This document shows positions 1 to 12,221 of a stretch of 64,000 nt of DNA, one piece after another. The stretch is from Zootoca vivipara (taxonomy: Eukaryota): positions 80,848,001 to 80,912,000 of the forward strand of contig NC_083276.1 of assembly GCF_963506605.1 (NCBI RefSeq), given 5' to 3'. Numbering within the stretch: the first letter of the stretch is position 1; every line of letters begins with the position of its first letter. The notes below the pieces were generated by a model that ran no database searches, was not told the DNA's origin, and saw nothing but the letters and a program-made list of their open reading frames with translations. The position numbers and the translations under genes were made by a program.

Positions 1-1184
1 ACCCAGCTCTCCTTTTTCTCCCTGCAAAAACAAACACACACAAACACAAGGCTTTTCAGTACAGCAAAACATAGCAAAATGAGGTTGAATTCTCTGTTTT
101 AGGAAACAAACACCCGCTGACAATCAAACTTCCTTTTGTGGCAAAGGAAATGAGTTCATGGGTCATGTCTTTGACAATGGATGAATTAACTGATATGTTT
201 TTTCATTAACACCAGCCACACCTCACGTCCCATAAGTTACGTTTTCTACAAGACCTAAAAAAGGAAAGTTCACAGTACAGGGTTGCAAGAAGCATCTCTT
301 TCAAAAAGGGGGAGCATTAGTGTGATGAGCATAAGAAGCCGCCTTCTTCCTGGTTCATACACTTCAATATTCACCTCTTACCACACTCTACAATCAGATA
401 GGCTAGATTTCCCCCCAGACTGGTGTCCTCCAAATATTTCAGGCTATAGTTCCATTAGCCCCAAGCGGTGTAGCTGTACTGGCTGGGGCTGATGGGAATT
501 GTAGTCCAAAACTCCTGGAGTGCACCAGATTGAAGAAAGCTAAAGTAGGCTTTGTGTCTTTCCACTGGGCAAGCGATTAACACTAAGAAAACTGCCCTCT
601 GCTGTTCCAGATTTATGTCTTGAGTATAAACATGACTGAAAGATGAAAGAGAGAGCAGAAAGGTGCTGGTGGTGGGAAATGATTTCACATATTGGCAGCA
701 GCAGAATGTGAGCAGGTGTCATAATTCTGATTATCTGTGATCCCACTTCATGGCAATACCAGGACTCGTTTGGTTCCTTCCTTCCTGAAGGCTTTTGTTT
801 TAAAGGTTAGTGATACTCTCTCCTCCACCCATCCACAACTCATATAGATTCACGGCAGGATTTACAGCAGACCTTCTCAAGTTTGTTTGCAAACCGACCA
901 GATTTGGTGAAGAGTCACTTCACCGCACATGAAAAAAAAAAATCACGTTTCCCCCCCTTTATTCTGAAAGAGCAAAATGTCGCTCATCCCAGCCCAACAA
1001 AATGCTCAGAAACTCCAATCACAGTGACTTCTGCAACAATGAAGGCATCCGAGAGGCGGCAAAGCTCAAGGCAGGGAGCAAGTGATGCAAAAGAGAGTGG
1101 TGGTGAGACTCTATTCCTTTAGGTATCAACAATAATAACTTTGTCCCTTTTGGATGAAAACAGAAAGGGAGAGCCACACATTAC

Positions 1185-1294
1185 CTTTTCGCCTTTAGCA
1201 CCATTTGTCAGCAGAACTTCACCAACTCCAGAGTCCCCTTTAGTGCCACGTTCACCTTTTTCACCAGGGTCCCCTTTTTCTCCTTTGACTCCAA
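1185..1294 (-). CDS. COL18A1: Collagen XVIII alpha-1 coding exon, first Gly-X-Y segment ((V)GVKGEKGDPGEKGERGTKGDSGVGEVLLTNGAKGEK)
   Basis: Minus strand ttccatcatag|TTGGAGTC...GGCGAAAAG|gtaatg; 110 bp, phase 1 to 0; joins in frame to the exon ending at 3003; eight consecutive G-X-Y triplets. Confidence 0.92.
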
Positions 1295-1759
1295 CTATGA
1301 TGGAAATATAAAGATAAGCATGTATAAATTATCTGTTGTGAAGGTAATTCTGCATTTCTGCAAAATTGAGAGAATGAAAATCAGATGCTTGGCATTCAGA
1401 TTCAACATGAAAATGCTGTCAGACATTAGTGGATTTATAAAGAAAGGTCTTTTTCTTCTTTATAATTCTGATGTTCATGTCCAGAGTTCTTCTGGTAAAA
1501 AGGGGTTTTATTTAGTAGTAGTATTACCTACTGACATGCATGACATTGAAAAAACTGTCCTCTTCAATAAATTAACTAAAATAATCAAATACACGAACAA
1601 CTATTGGTGCCTTTCTATAACCCTCTCAACTTTAATCACAAGACCTTCCAAAGCCCCAGTCTGAAAAATCTTGGGTGATATTTAATGACAGATGTATTCA
1701 GTGCATGCTTTGAGTACAGCATGTCTTTCATACTAGGGGTGATAAATATGGCATTAAAA

Positions 1760-2400
1760 AGAGGTGTAATCAAGGGGAAGGAACGATGTGGTAGGGTTGT
1801 GACAAAATTAAAAAATTATGGAACACTGTCTATTACAAAAAATTTTAAATGTTCAGACAAACTTTTGAGAAGAAACTTGAAGCCTTTCTTCTAGGCATTA
1901 TGTCAATTGATATTTCAAATGATAAAAAAGGGTGTTCCTACATGCTACAACAGCAGCAAGAATGTTAATTGCTAGAATTGGAAGGGGGATAGGACATCAA
2001 CAAAGGAAGAACAGCAAACTAAATTGTATGAGTATTTGGAATTAGCAAGAATGACAGAGGCAATTGGGAACCAACCAAACCAAAAATTCAAAAGCGAGTG
2101 GGAATGTGTAAAAGATTATCTGGGAAAACACTGCTCTCAAATAAAATCCTTGATACGTTTTGACTAAATTTTGCAAAGGAAAGATCAGATAGATAAGATA
2201 TATTATGTATTAGAAAGGCAATAAGGAAAAACAACAGAAAAAAGACAGAAGCCGCACTGAGGCGGTGGGAAGTCACTTGTGTAGAAATATTGTTATTGTT
2301 TGGTTTTTATATGTGTACAATATATGTAAAAGAGTGAATGGAATATGTATATGACTAACCAATTTAAAACTCAATAAAAAGCAATTTATTTATTTTTAAA
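1760..2400 (+). mobile_element. Decayed L1-clade LINE 3' end (ORF2 C-terminus plus 3' UTR), boundaries approximate
   Basis: Broken frames give EAFLLGI...ATTAARMLIA...PTKEE...ELARMT, resembling reptile L1 ORF2 C-termini; AT-rich tail with AATAAA near 2373. Confidence 0.5.
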
Positions 2401-3002
2401 AGGGAGGCTTCATTGGCATTCTCTCTGCTGTAGTTCAAAACCTGTTTCCTCATAGCTACCCAACTGAAATTGCACGCTTGCATACCAATGAACTGCATGC
2501 TGATTCAGTTGACAAACATGCCCCAGCCCATGTTTCAAGGGGCATTGAAGTGTTTGTTTGTTGCTTTTTTAAAAAAAGGGAATTGCAGAACTGTTCCACG
2601 GATGGGAAGGTGGCAAGTCGTGACCTTACAGGTGCCAGGCAATCTGTGTCATCCATAGCCATTTCCATTAACATGAAAGTGGTTTGTTTATCAGTGCCCA
2701 CTGCTAGAGAAGAAAGGAATGTTTAGATTGTATGCAGTAAGGATGCTTTCAAAATCAGCTCTGCTTTTGCATTTAAAAAAGATACCTCTGTGTTCACTCC
2801 CGAGGCCTACATTTCTACTTGCTCTGAGCAAGCACTACAAACCATTTTTCCCTGCCCAAAGCTTGACATGAGGAATGTGTGACATTCAAGGTTTTTCTTT
2901 TCCACTCATTTCTGTTCAGCACTATCAAGAAAGCTTGAATAGTCAGAACTACAATGGTTTTTTAAGGGACTGTCCCCAGCCATATAGAAAAACTAGACTT
3001 AC

Positions 3003-3141
3003 CTCCTGAAGACAATGGGGGGCCTTCTTCTAGTTTGGTTAATTCAGTTTGCAAGTGGAGTTTCTCTTCTGGCTGGCTGGGCTTTTTCGCAATTGGGGGA
3101 GAAGTGACAGGTGGTGGTTCTGGCAGACTTGAGAGCGATAC
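3003..3141 (-). CDS. COL18A1: Collagen XVIII coding exon, NC linker (VSLSSLPEPPPVTSPPIAKKPSQPEEKLHLQTELTKLEEGPPLSSG)
   Basis: ccttggcccag|GTATCG...TCAGGAG|gtaagt; 139 bp, phase 0 to 1; LPxPPPVT[ST]PP motif of vertebrate COL18A1. Confidence 0.88.
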
Positions 3142-3335
3142 CTGGGCCAAGGGAGCAGGACTGAAGTAAACAATCACTTGTTCTGTCATAGGCAACCTAA
3201 GGCAAACTCTTTGCTCCTGCAAGCCTAATAACGGGGAGCACTTGCACTGTTGATCTTGTGCTATAAATATTTCACCTCAAAATATCATGGAAAATTTGAA
3301 CTGCTTAAAAAAAGGAATAAAAGGGAAACTCTAAA

Positions 3336-3657
3336 GTTAACGACTTAACGACTGCAATGGGTCTTGCTTTTTCCTGCAAGACCAATTGCAGTTGTCGTTA
3401 ACAGTCGTCAACAGGTTTACCACTCCTATCAGCCAATCACCCATTCCCACCACCCTTCTGAGTAATACCCCTCCCCACCCTCTGACTATACATAAGGGTC
3501 TGGTGACTTCTGTTTCAGTGTACCTGAAGAAGTGTGCATGCACACAAAAGCTCATACCAATGACAAACTTAGTTGGTCTCTAAGGTGCTACTGGAAGGAA
3601 TTTATTTTTTTTGGTTTCGACTACGTCAGACCAACACGGCTACCTACCTGTAACTAG
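3336..3657 (+). mobile_element. Penelope-like element terminal repeat (pseudo-LTR), solo 5'-truncated copy with a short inverted 5' segment
   Basis: 3363-3600 is near-identical to 45150-45385, the 3' end of the RT/GIY-YIG element; contains CCAAT and TATA-like motifs and a hammerhead-like motif. Confidence 0.85.
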
Positions 3658-4227
3658 ATATTTCACAGACATTGATCATGGATATATTATTTACTGGTAT
3701 GGAAAATAAATAAAATAAGCAAATAAATGTACTTTCAGGACATCTGGTTTTATCTCCACAGTTACTATATTTGCAGTCTGATCCTATGTATGTTTACTCA
3801 AAAGCAAGTCCTACTAAACTGAATGAGGCTTCCTACAGAGATGGGAAGAAAGCAGCCTTAAAACAAAAGACAGTACAGTTTTGAAAAGTTCAGTGTTGTT
3901 ATGAAGTTTGCAAATGTAAGTTTGATATAATCCAAATATTCATTACACACATACTTCTTCTGCCCCCACAAAGGTTTCAAAATTTCCAGAAACTTTGTAC
4001 AGTACTGTATTTGCCTAGAAAAGAGAGATCAGATCGTCTGCTATTACACCTCTAGGCCAGTGGGTGGCACGGTTGTTCCACATCCAAATGCATGAGAAAA
4101 GTGAAGACTGCCAGGAAATCTCTTGGAGCCAGTCATGTGTCTAGCATCTTTTGTCCTAGTTTACATCATTAGATAGAAACTAGAACTGTCCCCTGTATGC
4201 ATGAAACACTTGCACACTACTGTTTGC

Positions 4228-4360
4228 CAGTGTGGTGTGGTGTTTAAGAGTGTTCCGGGTTCAAAATCCTAATGCTGCTCAGCTACGGAGCTCATTTGGG
4301 TGATTTTGGACCAGTCACTCTCTTGCACCCTAATGCACCTCACAGGGTTAGTGCAATTTG
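4228..4360 (+). mobile_element. Degenerate MIR/Ther1-like tRNA-derived SINE
   Basis: A-box-like TGGTGTGGTGTTTAAGAG, B-box-like GGGTTCAAAATCC, core-like GGGTGATTTTGGACCAGTCACT. Confidence 0.45.
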
Positions 4361-7300
4361 TTACAAAGTGACCTTTGTTAAGGTGCTTCGAAGTGGAGCT
4401 CTGAGGGCTAAACCACAGTTCCTTGTGCATAATTGCTTTTATTGGAAGCTATACTCTCTACCCTCAGGAATATCAGCAGCTCCTTCTTTTGTACAAAAAC
4501 TGGGTGACCAACAATTAAGGGAAGAGTTAAAATATATTTTGAAAAATATACTTATTTAGCATTTTTCCTGCTAAAATGCTATGGAATTGGGTAAAAACCA
4601 ACTCTGGGAAGCAGCTTGTCAATATGTTTTAGACTATTCTTATTTTCCAGAACTGAGCTCTGCATTGACCTTGAATAAGTGTCAACTAAGGGATTGGCTC
4701 TTCTGGATAGACTCCAGAAGGGACCTGCAACTAATCAGGAACACCCAATCTTACCCTTGGTATCTACTCCTGAGAACAGAGAATTTCAGAGCTAGCAATC
4801 TGATCAAACTATCACCAGTTTCTCTAAGAAATGTCTTTACTGAACTGCATTTCCAAGTGATACCCGCTGCAGTTTTGGATGGCCACTATAACAATGTCCC
4901 ATACACAGAATTTGCATTTCCGGTCATCCTCAGGTGGAAAGCATCACTCATTATCCATTAGCCTGACCCAAGAGATCACTTTCTGAAATCTCTTTTTTTT
5001 TCTTCATAAGTAAGCAGGTACACTCTGTTATAAATGGTTTGCTTTCTTTTGAGTGACAGTAATAGCTTTGTAACATGCAGAGCAGCCATCTATGCAATGA
5101 CTGCAAAAAAGATCAGGAAAAGAGAATTAAATAAAATCACTATGTTGTTTCGGTGATTCAGAGGTTTAAGCTAGATTTAAGCTTGTTGGTGTCTCTGGCA
5201 TCTCCTCTTTCTCATGGATGTTGTCTTAGAATATTATGGATGGATGTTCTGTTTTATTTTATTAATACTATTGCTATATGCTTGTCATGGCCTTTTGCAA
5301 GAACAATAAACTTATGAATGAACGAAACTACAGTTCTCAGCATTCTTTTGGGGAAGGGAATGTGCTTTAAAGGGTCAGTGTGTACACAGCCTAAGGTACC
5401 AGGAGTACTGGGAGAGGGGTGTGTGTATGTGGATAAATAGTTAAAATGTGAGTAAAATAAATAGCACCCCTTGCATATGTTTGTGCACACATGTGCATGC
5501 ATACATTACCTCTTCCTTCAGTGTAATGTATGGTGATGAGTCTTCACGTAAAAGCTACTGAACATTTCTGTGACATTGCTTTCAGTACTGCAAGTTCTAA
5601 ACATCCCTGCTCCAGAGACCCCTTTTAAGAGACATCATGACTACAGGTTGTAGCAGGCTAACATCCACAAGAACTACCAACAAATAAGCATCCTTATACA
5701 CAGGTTGAATACAGGAGGAGGCATTAAGCAACACTCTGCCTGAACGGTTAATCCTGGGTCCTGCAACATTTGGGGCCAAATTCGCAGAGGACAGAAAATT
5801 CTAAGGACAGAGTTGCTAAGTTCATTGCTAAATTAAGAGCACATTCTGGGCTGTTGTGCGCATGAGTGTCCTGCCTTACATTTCCATTCATTATTAAGTT
5901 TGTTCAGAACTGATCCAAGCGCAGTGGCTTCCAAGGACTAAATCTGCAATGTATAGAATCAATTTAAAAATTAAGTTATCATGAGTGTTGATTGAGTGAC
6001 AGGTGCATGGCTGCATTTATTCCAGCAAAATTAAAGATGCTCATGAAAGAACATTATCCCTGATTTAAGCCCTTGTGTTTATTGATTTAACACTTCAGTC
6101 ATGTTGGTCCAGGGTTTTATATGCCGAGTAGAATCCAGGCTGGCTTCACAAAGTGTAAAAATATACTTTGAAAAAATAAACTTTGGGAAGGCCATTCTAT
6201 GCAATGAAGTGATTGTTTTTGCAACTTGATCTTTCATTAGTTCTGGCTGGGAGGATGGCTCTTATCTCAAAGCCAGGGAGAGATTTCTGGTAATCCCATG
6301 AGAAAAGGAAGGAAAGGAAAACTCTCAAGTTATCTAATTTTTGCAGGAAAACACACAAAGCAGCTGAGAAATGAATAGGCTCCAAACACCATCCATCAGC
6401 TACCCTGTGGACATACTAGTGGTGATTTTAAAATGTATCTTTTTACAAAGAGCTGCATGAACAAGGAAGTGACACTTCATTTCTGGGGAAGCTGTTACCC
6501 ATCTTTGGTAAGGTACTTGGATCAACATTAACAAGGAAGAGTGGCAAATTCAAAGCATGTGTTGTCAATGTGTGGCAAGAAACAGTATGCTGCTGCAGAG
6601 GCTACCATCTGGGAGGAAAACATTAGGGATCTCACAGAGTGCTGTAAAACATCCCTATGTTTGATGTGTGAATAGAATACAGACTCAACAAATTAGACAT
6701 ACAGGGTATTTCAAAAAGACCTCAATCCCTGGAGTTGATGTCAAACATGGACATATTTTGCAGAAGAAAATTAGTGTGTAAAATTTGCTACATAGCAACA
6801 GGAATGCGGGGGGCAACGAAGAGAGGATTGCATTGCTTTAAATCTATACTTCTTAAATGGAAATTTTAAAACAGCAGGAACTAGACATTAAAGGTCATCT
6901 GTGTCAATAATGCAAGGTTTAAAACTGAACGGAAAAAGTATAATGGTGCACTCATCCATTTCCCAGCTATAGGGTTTTAGGACGCTGCAGAAGAGCTCCC
7001 AATTCCACCAGAAGCAGGAAACTGCTGCCTCTTGCCAAAAACACTGCTGCCAAAATGGTAACAAGTATCGCAGAAAGGTGTAGCTGCCCATCAGCAGAAT
7101 TCCTACCATGGATCCCCCAGAGTGAGGTAGAGTGGTAGGTGAGGGGCACAGCTACACCAGATCTTGACTAACCCGTCTCAGTCCAAGGATCCAGGCAGAA
7201 ATGCCAGAAATCAATGTCAGGACAGAGCCTGGCATAAGTAATTCCTTTTTCATTGACTCAAATGGGAACCATCTCATTTTGTCTCACCTGCCCCTCCCTG

Positions 7301-9124
7301 CCTTACCTTGGAATGGCTTCGGCACTGTAAATGGACCAAGGCAGAGCTCAGGACCTCTAGATTCTAAGCCATGCAACAGTTCAGTAAATTATTTTAAAGT
7401 GTTAGTGATGCAAACAATACACTGATTAAGGAGCTAAGATCAAGGGGTTTGTGCAGTCTTGCTACAAAGCAATAAAGCTTGTTGCTACAGAGAAGGAAGA
7501 AAATCATATTTTTTATAAAAGATGCAGTAAAGATGCTTTGTTGTTATTGCAGATTGTGACCAAACATACGAGGTTCAGGAAGAGCAATTTTCTTCCAAAT
7601 GCAAATAATTTTTGCTCACATCTATATGTGTGTGTTTTTTTTGTGGAGAGAAAAAACACAGATTCTCGTCGTCAGTCCAGAAAGGCAAGGTTTGTGGGTC
7701 TGGTGGAAAAGGCTACTGGACTGCACTTAAATTGCCCATGTTTCCACATTTGCCTGTATCTCATCATCCAAAATGTTGCATTGGTGTGCCAGGAGCAAAC
7801 ACCCAACAATCTGCTCACATACACATTATTGCTGGACTAGCTTTTAGGGGGTGGGAGGGAAGCGGCATTAACCATGATGTGGGTAATCAGATGTGGGCGA
7901 GACAAAGAGGAAATCTGAAGAAGTAGAAAGTTAGCAGTCTAGAATTATGTGACGCACCACTGAAAACAGTCAGCAGCATGCCTGGTATGCTGTGCCTAGC
8001 CAAATGCTTGGATGGTGCCAAAAACCCAACAGCAGCGATCCTCCATTAGTAGGAAATGAGGAGTCCAGCTTGACCAGCTGCCTCAAAACATTATTGCCCT
8101 GGAAAAACCTCATATCCTTAATGATACAGATGTCTAAGCTTGGACACATTATTTGGATTAGCACAAAGGGGCAAGTTTCCAGGCTGCACTGCACATCTGG
8201 TGGAAAGAGGATAACTAGCAGATCATCTCTGGACTCTTGAAATCTTCCTTCGGGTAACTGAAATGTACAATGCCTGAAGCTGTGTTTTTAGAGTATAGAG
8301 AAACAAACGCATGGGCATACCATATGTACACTATATACACGGTGATAACACCAACTTGCAGCTCTCTTTGGTAGTTGAGAAACTTGCCAGCTTCGTTCAT
8401 ATCCTGGCAATTGCTAACTGTTATTGCAATGTGTTGCACATGGGGAGTATTCGAAGACTCTTCAGAAGTTGTTGCCAGTAAAAATGCCATCACCGGCATT
8501 GTGGCCAAACTTAGAATTTGGCTGAATTTAGAGAAGTGGGTGACACTGATCACTTTTTTTCAAAACTGGCAACTTGTTTGCTTTCAAGCAAGATTCTGGA
8601 CATTAGTTATCACTTATTAAAGCCTGCTGTGCACACTTCCTCCCCACTCCATGCCTTCGGAGACTAGCCCTTCTTGATCCAGAACTAAATACAGGGATCC
8701 AAGAACTTCCAGAAGCTATCCAGAAGACAACAACAGTCTCATTCATTATGTAGTAGAAAATAAAACTCAAAGAGGGCTGGATTTAACTAACAGGTTAAAT
8801 GCAAGGACTTGTACTAGTACAATGGGGTTTCTCCCTTCTCCTCCCCGTGTACTCCCATGGCCCCCCCAACAAACTGCCTCAAGGGTAATTGGGAGAACCT
8901 CCAGAACAACATGGAGTGGGGAGGAATGATCCATCAGGGAAGCAGAAATAAGGCTTCAGGGCAGGTTACAGCAATTTCAAATTCAGTATTAAAATAAATT
9001 TAAACAAATTGAAGTCACAGAAAGAGGGAATGTCACTCTAATCCCATTCTATCTTTTCTTCCACTGCCACCCAACTTTTCTCAGATGGGCAGGTATTAAT
9101 AATAAAATATTTTATTTTTTAATT

Positions 9125-9148
9125 ACTACTACTACTACTACTACTACT
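9125..9148. repeat. (TAC)n microsatellite
   Basis: Direct reading. Confidence 0.9.
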
Positions 9149-9839
9149 TTCATTCCAATTATTAATGCTAACAAACAATAGTAAGGTCCCAAACCATGGC
9201 CCCTTCCTAACCCTGCTTTGCCCATCCCTTGCAGATTCTAACTTCTCTGGACAGGAGCTACATCACTTTTCTTTTCCATAAAATGCTCAGCATACTGCTG
9301 TTGCTAGGTAAAATGCAAAGCAGCAGCAGGAAAACAAATTAGAGCATTACAAATGTTCTAATTACACAGTACGTAGATCATTATCTTAAAAATGAAATAG
9401 CACCCTGGGTAGAGATCCCTTTCCTTGTTGAAATGACCCTTGTGTTAAGGCAAGAAGTTATAGCATGAACTTACTTGCATGAGCAGAACGTGTGGGACAG
9501 TAAGAGGTGCAGATATGCACCAGAAAAAGTTTGGTTGGCATGTGCTGACTTTCCCAAGTTTTCCATTTATGACCACCCTGACCTCGTCAACTTAATACTA
9601 CATAAAGAATCTCACCCTTCGCTGCTCAAAGGAAAAGCAACACTTATTTACCAGGTTCCTTGTAGCTCTTACATATTTTCTACTTACAGCAGTACAGTTG
9701 TGCTTTAGAGGCAATTAGAAATCCAGCCAAGCTTCAGGTTTCTGCTAACTCAGCACAAGGTTAGCTGAAGGTGGAGGGGGGTCCCTGCCATTGTGCTAGC
9801 TTTCTTTCCCCAAATATACACTTCCTAAGGGGAGTAATA

Positions 9840-10192
9840 GGGACCCAGGTGGCGCTGTGGTTAAACCACTGAGCCTAGGGCTTGCTGATCAGAAGGTCAG
9901 CGGTTCGAATCCCTGTGACGGGGTGAGCTCCCGTTGATTGGTCCCAGCTCCTGCCAACCTAGCAGTTCGAAAGCACGTCAAAATGCAAGTAGATAAATAG
10001 GAACCGCTACAGCGGGAAGGTAAACGGCGTTTCCATGTGCTGCTCTGGTTTGCCAGAAGCGCCTTTGTCATGCTGGCCACATGACCTGGAAGCTATACGC
10101 CGGCTCCCTCAGCCAATAATGCGAGATGAGCGCGCAACCCCAGAGTCGGTCACGACTGGACCTAATGGTCAGGGGTCCCTTTACCTTTACCT
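9840..10192 (+). mobile_element. Sauria SINE, full length
   Basis: GGGACCCAGGTGGCGCTGTGG head, B box GGTTCGAATCC, BovB-like 3' segment, (ACCTTT)n tail; 14-bp TSD TAAGGGGAGTAATA at 9826-9839 and 10193-10206. Confidence 0.92.
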
Positions 10193-11102
10193 TAAGGGGA
10201 GTAATATACACTTCCTAAGGGGAGTAAGGGAGTTCCCACAAAAAAAACCCACACCTTTTAAACTTCCGAATCTGGATTGTTACGATGTGTGTCTTTGACA
10301 TTCAATAAGCAAATGTAGCAAATACAAAAGCCAATTCGGTTGTTACCCAGCCACACGTTTCCTAAAGTCTACACCTCTTTGCCCTCTTTTAAAATTGGTC
10401 TGGGGATGGGTATTCCCACTCATGATTTTTGCCTAAAATTTTACTTGGGGAGAGCCCCGTGAAACCCCATGCTTTCCCATTCATTATTCCTGGAATCAAT
10501 AGTTTGCTTTTCATGTTGTTTCCACCTTCAGCTCCACCCACCCATGGCAGAGTCAGAAAATCAGAGAAACTGAGAATCAGAAAACCGGATAATCAGGCAA
10601 TCATTTGGCATCCACAAAAGGAGCAAGGACCCAATACATATTACTAAAGAGAGAAAATAAATCTGTTATTGGAAGCATCACAATCAATCAATCAAAACAA
10701 ACAAGGAGAACATGCACATGTTTTGCACATATATTGTTTGATCGCAACTTTATATATGAGCACTAAACAAGGAAAAGTAAAATAAAAAATTAAGTATGCA
10801 CAGAAAACCAGAAGCGTGCTGCTCAAAGCTATAGAGACAATTGGAAAAAATTATCCTACAGGGGCAGGGGCAGAAAGAAGGAAAGGAGGTGGAAGCAGAT
10901 CACCCCAACACAATTCCCAGGCTTAGAAGAGGGTTTTCTGTGGATTGACGTTTGTTCCAATACAGCAGTAAATAGTGGGTTTTCTCGGGGAAAGTGGAGG
11001 GACAAAAAAAGAGAGCAAAATATCTCTCTTGAATCCATGATAATAGATTGATACAAAATACTAGAAATCACAGGACAAACAGAAGTGTGGATGGACCCTA
11101 AG

Positions 11103-11772
11103 TGTCATGAACTGGCAGAACGATGGGGAGGAGGAAGAGGATCCTGACAAGGGGTGTAGCTGGGACTGGGACAAATCAGGGCAAGCTGGGGATGGGGAAG
11201 GACAAGTTGGTACTCACGGGGTGATGGAGGATGGCAAGGAGGTGGGGGTCAGTGCACAGGAACCAGAGCAGCAGGACCCCTCACCAGAGCCAGAGGGGCC
11301 CCCGTTTCCATGATCATGGCAGGCTCAGAAGCATAGGGAGCAGGGGGAAAGATGATCTTGGAGGCTGAGGCAGGCAAGGGCCCACAGCCCAGCTGTGGCC
11401 AGGTGAGACTCGCTAGGTCTGGGAGAAGGTGTGTGATTCCTCAGCTGGAGCAGGTGAGGGTCATGTGACTCGTTAAGCCCAGATGCTGCCATCAACATGA
11501 AGAGTATAAAAGGGCAACAAAGCCCAGGTGCTGTATCTGCCCAACTGCCCATGTTGATGGACCTTGACTTGGATGCCCCTGGACCTCTCACGGGACTGTG
11601 CTTGCGAGGGGCTGACCTGCAGATGCCCTGATCCCTGGATCAGCTGCAGAGGCAGGAGCCTAGTCTGACTGAACTTGGGCCTTGTTGGCTTGCCAAAGTT
11701 GCATGCTAGCATCTGCTGTGGGATGGTGCCCTCCAGCAGGACATGCCGCCAGGTACCCTGTGGTTCAGGGCA
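11103..11772 (+). mobile_element. Probable solo LTR of an LTR retrotransposon or ERV
   Basis: TG...CA ends; imperfect terminal inverted repeat TGTCATGAAC / GTTCAGGGCA (8/10); 5-bp TSD CTAAG at 11098-11102 and 11773-11777; TATAAAA at 11505; more GC-rich than the flanks. Confidence 0.7.
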
Positions 11773-12221
11773 CTAAGAAAGATATCGGCTTAGAAAAGGG
11801 TTTCTCTTTCTCAAGTTGATAATAAGTAAAAGATGCCAGCTTTGCTTTTCAAGTTCTATTGCACCTTTCAGAGCATAACGTTTTTTCTTATCATTTTTAC
11901 CTCTTCTGCTGCATGAACTAAACTGAAAGATAGCAAAGTGCCATGTACTGTGGGACTGGACAGAAGAGCAGAAGAAGTCAACTAGATGCCTACTGGCCAA
12001 TTAGATGACTATGGGAAGCCCCAAAGTGGCACTCTCCCCACTTGCAATTCCCGGAAACAGGTGTTCACAGGCATATTGCCTCTGATGGTAACCTTAATCA
12101 TCTCACACATCCTCGCTTTTTATCTTCTTCAGTTTATACTGATGCCACACACTGCACAGCCGTAGGTTCTAACCACAAGATGACAGACAAAATGGATAAC
12201 TTTCTGCTGTCATCGCACCTA

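Noticed and set aside
11107-11313. Acidic 68-aa ORF as a hidden exon or small gene
   Set aside because: It lies wholly within the TSD-bounded LTR-like block, on the strand opposite COL18A1, with no recognisable domain.
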